Assembly (NCBI GenBank): GCA_964407865.1 | Contig: CAYOXC010000001.1 | Span: 331,978-395,977 of the forward strand | Direction of reading: 5' to 3' | Length of the DNA stretch: 64,000 nt | From: an uncultured Gammaproteobacteria bacterium | GTDB lineage: Bacteria; Patescibacteriota; Patescibacteriia; Magasanikbacterales; GWA2-37-8 | Shown here: piece by piece, positions 17,021 through 25,054 of the stretch | How the letters are laid out: every line of letters starts with the position of its first letter | How positions within the stretch are numbered: the first letter of the stretch is position 1 | Program-made: the position numbers and the translations under genes | The notes under the pieces: model-generated | What the model was told of the DNA's origin: nothing | Database searches by the model: none | The model's input: the letters and a program-made list of their open reading frames with translations, nothing else

Positions 17021-18517
17021 TTATTTTGTTCTAACCTCAAACTCGACATCCTTTAATAATATTGTGGCATAATCATAACGCATATCACCATGCTTTTCTG
17101 TTTTTTCACCAGGTGTTGCAAACGCTAATTTCTTATCAAAATTCAGGCCTAAAGTCAATTTGGTGTTATTTGTACCAAGTTGCTTTTGTACATAGAGGCG
17201 GTAATCATTGGCATGTAATCGCGCGCTCACTTCCGGCGAAACGTAATATTCAAAACTAAGACTTTTGGTCTGGCCAGGTTCAATCGAAATAAATGTCCCG
17301 AACCATTGTCGACCGTTTTCAATACCCTGATCAGTTTTTCTCGGCTCATTGGTTTTATCTGATTTCATGGAACCGCTCGTTTTTATGAGTTTTGAACCAA
17401 CCGGTACATAAACCCTGGCATAGTCGCGATAGCGAGTCGTCCGCCAGTCAAATTTACCTTTGTGCACAAAAGTCATTGTTGCCCGCGCTATATATTTACC
17501 GCTAGTAGTAGTGAATAACTCGTAATTTAAACTGCGCTCTATGGCCACATCAGTTTTTAAAGCACCCAAATTAGCATCAACCCAAAATAAATAATCATAA
17601 TTTATTCCCGTCATCTTTCCTGCCCAATTTTTTGCTTCGAATACATCCTGATACTCAACCAGCGGTGAATACATCATAATTTGCTTTTGCTCAAGCATTT
17701 TCTCAATTAAGGATTTATACTCATCCCAATGAAAAAAAACATTTTTTGCCGCCATCATCACCACGCTGTGTGTTAATTCAATTAATAATTTTTTTCGCTC
17801 GTCAAAAGATATCCCCTTGCTTTCAAAACCATACTCAACTTCATATTCCAATTTTTCAGTAAAATTTTTAGAAGTAAATTCAATACCGCCGGCTTTAACC
17901 GGACCGGTTATTTCAAGCAATTCCTCAATAACGGTTGGGGTAAAACCAATAACAGAATCTATTTCCATGGCCTTAACACCATTTTCTTTACGATAAAGCT
18001 CTAGAGATTTAGCTGCGGCAGTGGCAAAATCCGGTGACCAGTTGGAATCGCGAAAATACCAGCGTTCAAGACCAAGAAATTCACGGATCGGATCAGGCGG
18101 ATCAGATGGAAAATTTTTAGGCGCCAAATTATCCAAAATTTCAGTACCTTCAACTTTCACAATTTCTGGATTAGCGCGATTTAGTGTGATAACCGCATAA
18201 GTACCAATAAAGCCGCCGGCCGGACGAAGTTCTGTATTATTTAAAAATAAAACTAAATGGGTTTGCGGACGCTCAAAACCAAAAAATTTCTGAACAAAAT
18301 TAGCTCCGATCTTTTCAGAGATCATCACTATCTCGCCGTTTTCGTTTACAACCGGTTTATTCACTTCTTCCATGCTAAAAAATCTTTCTCCAACCTGAGA
18401 AATAATGGCTTTTTGCAAACCACCGGAACGATACCAAAAAAACACAAAGGTTCCGCTAGCTACTAAAAGCGCGGCAAGAGTAATTAATGAAATTTTTATA
18501 AATCTGCCAAATTTCAT
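17021..18517 (-). CDS. DUF4012 domain protein with N-terminal membrane anchor
   Basis: ELRPAGGFIGTYAVI motif and the size and architecture of the DUF4012 family, which is often found near cell-envelope genes. Confidence 0.5.
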   Translation of the reverse strand: MKFGRFIKISLITLAALLVASGTFVFFWYRSGGLQKAIISQVGERFFSMEEVNKPVVNENGEIVMISEKIGANFVQKFFGFERPQTHLVLFLNNTELRPAGGFIGTYAVITLNRANPEIVKVEGTEILDNLAPKNFPSDPPDPIREFLGLERWYFRDSNWSPDFATAAAKSLELYRKENGVKAMEIDSVIGFTPTVIEELLEITGPVKAGGIEFTSKNFTEKLEYEVEYGFESKGISFDERKKLLIELTHSVVMMAAKNVFFHWDEYKSLIEKMLEQKQIMMYSPLVEYQDVFEAKNWAGKMTGINYDYLFWVDANLGALKTDVAIERSLNYELFTTTSGKYIARATMTFVHKGKFDWRTTRYRDYARVYVPVGSKLIKTSGSMKSDKTNEPRKTDQGIENGRQWFGTFISIEPGQTKSLSFEYYVSPEVSARLHANDYRLYVQKQLGTNNTKLTLGLNFDKKLAFATPGEKTEKHGDMRYDYATILLKDVEFEVRTK

Positions 18518-20013
18518 ACGGCGGCTCTTTTTTTAACTGATACATTAAAACCCAAATATTTTCCAAAAGCCAAACGTGTCACCGCATCAATACAAGGAAT
18601 AGCTGAAAAAATAATCAATGAAACCGGCAACAAAACCCACTGCAATACCATAATTAAATATTTATATTTAGGATGAGCTGTTGGTCGAATCGGCAAAATA
18701 AGCATGCTTAGAATAGCAGAGATGATAAGACCAAGCATAGCTAAAGTCATCATTACTTCGAGAACATGGGGGGTGTTAAAAAAAAGAGCACTCTGTCTTA
18801 CTGCATCCCCCGCCACCCAAAGAGGCAAACGTCCAACCACAGTAATAATTATTGCGGTTAAAGCCCAGCTCCATTTTCCTTCCCATTCGTGAAATATAAG
18901 CGGTAATTTTTTCCACCATGCAATCTGCGGGTATTTATTCCACTGCCACATTAGATATGGTATATGCTCCGAACCCCAGGCCCAGCGGCGTTGCTGATAA
19001 TATAAATTTTTAAAGCTTTTCCACAGCTTTTCGTCGCGCGGCGTATCCATGGAAACTGGGATATAAAGCGGTGTAACCTCATAATCACCTTTGTTGGCAA
19101 ACCAACATTGATAAAAAATGCGCGAATCTTCGCTGACAATATTTTTGGCATGACCGCCACAGTCTACTATTGCCTTAAAGCTCATGCTGTGGGATGAAAA
19201 TGTAACCATATTGTCCATTCGGGCAAGCGAAAACATTGTCCAAAAAGTGGTACCCAAGGCCATAATACGAAGAAATGCCGGTGATTCCCAAAGATTATTA
19301 TTGTAAAGAGTGACTGGCTGAAAAGAGCTGTGGTCCGGACGCGGATGGCGACAATACATGTAATTAAGATGGGCAAAATACTGGTGATGAACAATTGTAT
19401 CAATGTCAAAAGCCGAAACAATTATATCAATATATTTCCAACCTTTGCTATCAGCATATTTTTTGAATTCCTTCTCAATCCAATTTAGATGAGAGCCCTT
19501 GCCCGGTATTTCACCCGGCAGCTTATCGGGATGGGTATAAAATATCAAATCAGCAAATTTACCTTGATATTTCTCCTCTATTAAAGGTTGTACCTTGTGC
19601 CACAAATTAATTTTTCGCGCTTCACCGGAAATGACAACGCATATTTTTTCCGCCGGATAGGTAGATTTGATAACTGCATCAAGAGTGGCTGAAACGACTG
19701 ATACATCTTCATTGGTAAATGGAAAAAATATTACATTCTTCTTGTCCTGCCAATCAGGAAATTCGGTTTTTAAGCGATCAAACCAGCTGATTTTTAAAGC
19801 TCTGCGAAAGCGACTCCATGAAAGGATTAAAAAAAATGAAAAATATACCACGCGCAAAGTCCAGTATAAATCAAAAACGATAATAAAATATATCATCCAA
19901 AGCGGCCGGACAAATGAAAAAAGTATGCTCAAAATCAAAAATATCCAAATACTAATTGCCGGCAGCATTTCATATATTCGATATTTTTTAAAATCAGATA
20001 TTATCATAGTCAT
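18514..20013 (-). CDS. processive family 2 glycosyltransferase (cellulose/chitin-synthase-like) membrane protein
   Basis: Multiple TM helices flanking a GT-A domain; QQRRW (QxxRW) motif. Confidence 0.7.
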   Translation of the reverse strand: MTMIISDFKKYRIYEMLPAISIWIFLILSILFSFVRPLWMIYFIIVFDLYWTLRVVYFSFFLILSWSRFRRALKISWFDRLKTEFPDWQDKKNVIFFPFTNEDVSVVSATLDAVIKSTYPAEKICVVISGEARKINLWHKVQPLIEEKYQGKFADLIFYTHPDKLPGEIPGKGSHLNWIEKEFKKYADSKGWKYIDIIVSAFDIDTIVHHQYFAHLNYMYCRHPRPDHSSFQPVTLYNNNLWESPAFLRIMALGTTFWTMFSLARMDNMVTFSSHSMSFKAIVDCGGHAKNIVSEDSRIFYQCWFANKGDYEVTPLYIPVSMDTPRDEKLWKSFKNLYYQQRRWAWGSEHIPYLMWQWNKYPQIAWWKKLPLIFHEWEGKWSWALTAIIITVVGRLPLWVAGDAVRQSALFFNTPHVLEVMMTLAMLGLIISAILSMLILPIRPTAHPKYKYLIMVLQWVLLPVSLIIFSAIPCIDAVTRLAFGKYLGFNVSVKKRAAV

Positions 20014-20402
20014 GTCTCGAGTTTGCCGTAGAGATGTGGCTTGCCGCTATATTTAGCACTGATATACACGCCTTTCTTGGTCTTTGAAAATTTATTATCT
20101 ACCAGCTGAAAATCCGCATTATTCTTCAGATGAAGAATACTAATAACAGGTATTTTTAAAACGTAACCGAGAATATTCGCGGTTGTGGTAGCTATACGCG
20201 TAGCAGTAAAGCGTCCTTGTCCGACCAAAACAGCCATGCCGTCTATATCGTCAAAATTTTTTTTATATTTTTTAAGCGCTACTTCCAACAATGCAATGAG
20301 TGGTAATTTCAAATTTTTTTTCTCCTCTAAAATCCACTTATTTTTGATCTTAAGATAAAATAGCACCTTATCATTATTTGAATTATCAATGATCACCTTC
20401 AT
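20010..20402 (-). CDS. tsaB: TsaB (YeaZ)-like tRNA t6A biosynthesis protein, short form
   Basis: GQGRFTATRIATTTANILGYVLKIPV resembles the GPGSFTGxRIG motif of inactive Kae1 homologs. Confidence 0.5.
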   Translation of the reverse strand: MKVIIDNSNNDKVLFYLKIKNKWILEEKKNLKLPLIALLEVALKKYKKNFDDIDGMAVLVGQGRFTATRIATTTANILGYVLKIPVISILHLKNNADFQLVDNKFSKTKKGVYISAKYSGKPHLYGKLET

Positions 20403-20404
20403 AT

Positions 20405-20998
20405 TTAACTAGCCAACTTGAACTCGTTGATTGCGATAATATTTTTTGATTCGAGCAAACTGTACAAAAACCTGTCGCCAACCTCGCGTCGATCCTGAAA
20501 TTCATTTTCATTCATCATGGTATAACGAAGCTCGCGACCAATACTCTTTTCAAACTCTCTTACTATCTTAGCTACAATTGCTGACTTTAAATTACCAACA
20601 ATAAGCAGATCTGACTCAGCTTTATTGTCATCGGTAAAAAATCCGGTGAGCACCAAAAATTTAATTTTACCAGCCCGCTTTTTGAGCTCACTAACAAACT
20701 CCCGCTCTTCAATAATCTGGACTTTATTTAAAAGCTCTTTAAATTCAGGATATAGCATGCTGGAAGTATCCAACTCATAGTACTTGCAACGCTCGGCAGA
20801 TTCAAATTCACGTGCCTTGGGGCGGGCTCGCATGATCAATCCAACTTTTTCCAGATTCATAATTTCTCTGCGCACGGCATTGAGCTGAACGCCAATAACT
20901 CGAGCTAGCTCACGAACATAGTAACTCTTGCCTGGATTAGCTAAAAAAAGCTGAAGTAATTTCAGTCGTGTTTTTGAACCAAAAAGGTGTTCAAGCAT
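20405..20998 (-). CDS. winged-HTH transcriptional regulator fused to a minimal nucleotidyltransferase-like domain
   Basis: N-terminal KSYYVRELARVIGVQLNAVRREIMNLEKVGLI wHTH; C-terminal region with a Pol-beta-like GS...DLLIVG pattern. Confidence 0.45.
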   Translation of the reverse strand: MLEHLFGSKTRLKLLQLFLANPGKSYYVRELARVIGVQLNAVRREIMNLEKVGLIMRARPKAREFESAERCKYYELDTSSMLYPEFKELLNKVQIIEEREFVSELKKRAGKIKFLVLTGFFTDDNKAESDLLIVGNLKSAIVAKIVREFEKSIGRELRYTMMNENEFQDRREVGDRFLYSLLESKNIIAINEFKLAS

Positions 20999-21099
20999 AA
21001 ATATTATTAAAAATGCCCTATTTTTTATCCACTAACGTAATAGACGCTTTTTCATTTATATAGTATAATTAAAAAGCTATAATTAGTCAAAGCTATCAT

Positions 21100-23391
21100 A
21101 TGAACAACACGATTCTGTTCAATGAGTTTTTTGTTGAAGGCGAAAATCAGGAGATATCTCATGTTCTGCTACACGTAATACAACCTTCTACTCCAAGTGA
21201 GGAAAAAGAGAAGGGTTATTTTTTTGCGGTTTGCGAAATTAACAATGGCAACAAAGACGACATATTCAACCTCCAAACACTGATGGATCGAGTAGAAAAT
21301 GAGTATTATGAAACGCCTAATGTGCCAGGAAAGAATACTTTAGAAACAATTCTTGAAAAAATTAACCGTGAAGGTTTTACCTTGTCTCGCCCGGAAACAG
21401 ATTTAAGCTGCCTTATCGGCGTACTAAAAGAAAGCGATCTGACATTTTCTTTTTGTGGTCAACCAGAATCTCTTTTGTTTTACAAAAATAAATCTGAACA
21501 ATATCAAACAATGGATCTGGTCGCTCAAAACGAAGGAGAGCAAGAAGATGAAAAACTTTTCTCTCAAATAATACAGGGCAAAATTAGCCCAGGTGATTAT
21601 TTTTTTGGCGGCACAGGTCATATCGCCAGCTGTTTTAATCACGACCGTTTACAAAAAATTATTACTGGCGGACGAACCGCTGAACAAAGCGCCGTGCATT
21701 TTGAAAAAGTTTTAAGCGGAATTAGAAACGGATACTCATTTGGAGGATTTATTATTCATGTAGCCGCTACTCCAAGCCGTCTAAAAACTGTTGACAAGTC
21801 AATAGAAGATAAAAAGATGCTTTACGATACAGAAAGACAAACCGCAAAAACACTGACACCTTCACTGCTTGGCAACCTAAACACAAAAGTAAAATCGATG
21901 ATGAATAACAATGAAGATGAGGACGAAGATGAATACGAAGAAGAGAGTGGAAAAAACGTAATTGAAACAAGTGAACCGCCAAAGACTCATGTTTCGACTC
22001 TAGTTACAAAAACCCAGACCAAACCCTATCCAAACAAAACATTGGCAAAACCAAGTGCTGAGTATGCCAAAATCATATTAAAAGGCATATGGATTGGTCT
22101 GCGCTATATTGGTATGGGAATATACTGGTTATTCTTTATGCTGGCAAAAATTATTATTAACATTGGTCGATTTGTCATTATGCTTGGAATTGTAGCAACG
22201 AACTTTAAAAATCGGCGTCGCGCTATTTTAGAATCCTGGACTGAAAGCTGGCATCATTTCACGCGCTGGTTTAAAAACTTGCCTCTTTTAACTAAAATTT
22301 TGGCACTGGCTTCCATTGTCTTTGCTGTTGTCTTTATGGTAAGCGTTTTCTATCTGCAAACAGAAAAAAATCGAGCCGAAAACGATCGTATTTATCGAGA
22401 ATCACTGCAAACTATAAAAAATAAAATTGATGCTGCGGAAAGTTCTTCGATTTACGGAGACGAAGTGCAGGCTAAGACCATATTGGAAGAAGCAAGAACG
22501 TTGATAGCTCAATTTGTCTGCCGGCCGATCGACAATGCCGCTTGTAATGATTTTACTGATCGTCTAAACAAATTGGGTTCAAAACTACGGAAAATGGAGA
22601 CCCTCTCCCCTAACCTAATTATTGATTTTAATAACCAAGGTTACTCTGGTTATGAAAAATTCTTAAAAATTGAAAATAAAATTCTTGTCTTTTCAGCAAA
22701 TACTTCAACCGTGCTGGTATATGATATTATGACAAAAGAAACAAAAGCACTAACACTCTCCGATGGATCTTTGAGTGGTTTTATTTGCGGTGCTGTTCCA
22801 AAAGAAAATGATTATGCCGCACTAATCGGCGCCGACAAAAAATCACTAGCGATCTTTGACCCAAAAAATATTACACTAAAAACGGGCGGAATTTCATATT
22901 CAGGAGAACCGGATATCCGAGCTATAGCCATATATAATCGTCGTCTTTATTCGCTTGATGCAGCCGCTAACCAGATTTACCGTCATGATAATATTAATGC
23001 TGGTTTTGGTTTAGGCCGCGACTGGATTTCGGAGCAAAACTTAAACCTTCGAGACGGAGTTGACATTACTATTGACGGTGATCTTTATATATTAAAAGAA
23101 AATGGAGAAATTCTTAAATTTAACAAAGGGATACCGCAGCCAATCAATTTAGAAATTGTTGATCCGACACTAAATTCTGGCGATGAAATATGGACTTATA
23201 CAGACTTAGCTAATATTTATATTTTAGACTCTGTTAATAAACGGATGATAATATTTGATAAAACGGGTAAATTTCTACGCCAGCTTACCGCTGATGAATT
23301 TTCCTCACCCACTTCAGCGGATATTGAAGAAGCAGCAGGTTTGGCTTACATACTCGATCAAAGTAAACTCTACGAAATTAAACTAAAATAA
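21100..23391 (+). CDS. large hypothetical membrane protein: cytoplasmic N-domain, central TM hairpins, C-terminal beta-propeller-like domain
   Basis: Hydrophobic segments around aa 330-420; C-terminal repeated (L/I)Y(I/S)LD motifs reminiscent of NHL/beta-propeller blades. Confidence 0.4.
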   Translation: MNNTILFNEFFVEGENQEISHVLLHVIQPSTPSEEKEKGYFFAVCEINNGNKDDIFNLQTLMDRVENEYYETPNVPGKNTLETILEKINREGFTLSRPETDLSCLIGVLKESDLTFSFCGQPESLLFYKNKSEQYQTMDLVAQNEGEQEDEKLFSQIIQGKISPGDYFFGGTGHIASCFNHDRLQKIITGGRTAEQSAVHFEKVLSGIRNGYSFGGFIIHVAATPSRLKTVDKSIEDKKMLYDTERQTAKTLTPSLLGNLNTKVKSMMNNNEDEDEDEYEEESGKNVIETSEPPKTHVSTLVTKTQTKPYPNKTLAKPSAEYAKIILKGIWIGLRYIGMGIYWLFFMLAKIIINIGRFVIMLGIVATNFKNRRRAILESWTESWHHFTRWFKNLPLLTKILALASIVFAVVFMVSVFYLQTEKNRAENDRIYRESLQTIKNKIDAAESSSIYGDEVQAKTILEEARTLIAQFVCRPIDNAACNDFTDRLNKLGSKLRKMETLSPNLIIDFNNQGYSGYEKFLKIENKILVFSANTSTVLVYDIMTKETKALTLSDGSLSGFICGAVPKENDYAALIGADKKSLAIFDPKNITLKTGGISYSGEPDIRAIAIYNRRLYSLDAAANQIYRHDNINAGFGLGRDWISEQNLNLRDGVDITIDGDLYILKENGEILKFNKGIPQPINLEIVDPTLNSGDEIWTYTDLANIYILDSVNKRMIIFDKTGKFLRQLTADEFSSPTSADIEEAAGLAYILDQSKLYEIKLK

Positions 23392-23416
23392 ATTTGAACT
23401 TCATTGTTTAAAAAAA

Positions 23417-23443
23417 GCCCGTGATTACTTACACGGGCTTTTG
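23417..23443. terminator. bidirectional rho-independent terminator
   Basis: aagcccgtg-attacttac-acgggctt hairpin flanked by A/T runs. Confidence 0.6.
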
Positions 23444-23477
23444 TATTTTAATGATAGACTTTTTTAACACTTTTATT

Positions 23478-24458
23478 CTACATCCAATTCTTTCTTTTAA
23501 AAATTATTATCATCATCGCAACACCCAAAAGCATCATTGAACAAATAAGCCAGAAACCATAAGGCAGATCAACAAAAGGCCGCCCACCCGCGTCAATTGC
23601 AAAAACAGTGGCAATTAGGGTAAGGGGGAAAGTAACAACAGAGATAATTGTCAAAGTTTTCATCACTTGATTAATCCTTAAATTAACAATTGATTCGTTT
23701 GTTTCATGCAGGGCATTTATCGACTCCCTCTGACTTTCTAGCATGTGCCAAATTTCATTGGTAAACTCTCTGACATTGTTAATATAACTCTGATAGGCTA
23801 AAAGATCTAGCTCTCGCCCGCTGTACATAATCAATCTTTCCAGTACGGTTCGGTGCCCCTGCATAGTGCGTCTAAAAGTTACGATATTAGTTTTTAATCT
23901 CAATATCTCTTCTGCAATTTCACGGCCTGATGTTTTGGTGAATAATTTTTTATCGACTAAATTTATATCTTCATTAATGTGCAAAAGAATCGGGAAAATA
24001 GCTTCGAGCAAGCGCATTAGCAATTCAAAAAGTATGTGGACTGCAGTGCCGGAAAAATACTCTGAACCACCTTTTTTTCCACATTCACTGAACATATCCT
24101 CTAACACTGCCAATTTATTATCATGGACAGTGATCAAGTAATTGGCACTGAGAAAAAAATCTATTTCCGTAAACCCTAGCCTTCGTGTCACTCGATCAAA
24201 AATAGGAAAATGAAGAACCATGAAATAATAGTCCTTGCGTTTGATGATTTTTGGCCTTTGAAAAGGGGGTGAGCTCTCCTTGAGGTCAATCTCGTGTAAA
24301 TTAAAGCGTTTGCCGATTTGGTTCAGCTCTCTTTCTGATTGACTACTGACATTAACCCAAAGCAAACCTTGGTGCTCAATTTCACGTATTTTTTTCATAA
24401 TAAACTTGTAACAATTGAATACTAAACCCTCGATACACTGACTTTTATTATAGCACAT
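23478..24458 (-). CDS. CorA-like divalent cation transporter lacking the canonical GMN motif
   Basis: CorA architecture (cytoplasmic domain plus two C-terminal TM helices and a basic tail); the position of YGMNF reads VFAIDAG. Confidence 0.55.
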   Translation of the reverse strand: MCYNKSQCIEGLVFNCYKFIMKKIREIEHQGLLWVNVSSQSERELNQIGKRFNLHEIDLKESSPPFQRPKIIKRKDYYFMVLHFPIFDRVTRRLGFTEIDFFLSANYLITVHDNKLAVLEDMFSECGKKGGSEYFSGTAVHILFELLMRLLEAIFPILLHINEDINLVDKKLFTKTSGREIAEEILRLKTNIVTFRRTMQGHRTVLERLIMYSGRELDLLAYQSYINNVREFTNEIWHMLESQRESINALHETNESIVNLRINQVMKTLTIISVVTFPLTLIATVFAIDAGGRPFVDLPYGFWLICSMMLLGVAMMIIIFKRKNWM

Positions 24459-24534
24459 TATAATTTTTTTTATAATAAATTACCCACACCAATAAATTGT
24501 TTGCCAAAATTGGCTGTGGTATAATATATCTGTT

Positions 24535-25050
24535 ATGAATCAAAACCAGGTAGAAAAAATTTTCGCCCCAAATACTGAAACAGAGGGCGAATTAAGGCGT
24601 CCAGAAACAACAACGACGCCTGAATTAGAATTAAACAAGGAACAAGCCAGTGAGGGGCTAGAAACTACAAAGGAGCAGGATTTTAATCATGAACAAATTA
24701 CACCAACCTTACCGCAAACAAAAAAGAAAATAACCCTCCCGTCTCCGGCTCGTGACAAAACAACTATCAAGGTTGAACAAATACTCTCTGCGGGACTAGA
24801 AGACACATATAAATCCCTGTCTCCTTTAGCTCAGCAAGAATTCAAACTTAAGGGCGAAGAAACTGCTTTAAAAATTCGCGAAATGCTTCGCCAAACAAAA
24901 ATTAAAGTAAAAAAAATTTTTAAACTTATTATTGAATGGCTTTCAATGTTACCCGGAGTAAACCGTTTCTTTCTAGAACAAGAAGCAAAGATTAAAACTG
25001 ATAAAATTATTGAGCTCAAAAAACAAGAAAGCAATAATATTGAAATTTAA
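24535..25050 (+). CDS. hypothetical acidic protein, upstream partner of the ATPase gene
   Basis: Extended -10 (TGgTATAAT) promoter at about 24513; 4-nt gap to the downstream ATPase gene. Confidence 0.4.
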   Translation: MNQNQVEKIFAPNTETEGELRRPETTTTPELELNKEQASEGLETTKEQDFNHEQITPTLPQTKKKITLPSPARDKTTIKVEQILSAGLEDTYKSLSPLAQQEFKLKGEETALKIREMLRQTKIKVKKIFKLIIEWLSMLPGVNRFFLEQEAKIKTDKIIELKKQESNNIEI

Positions 25051-25054
25051 ATAA

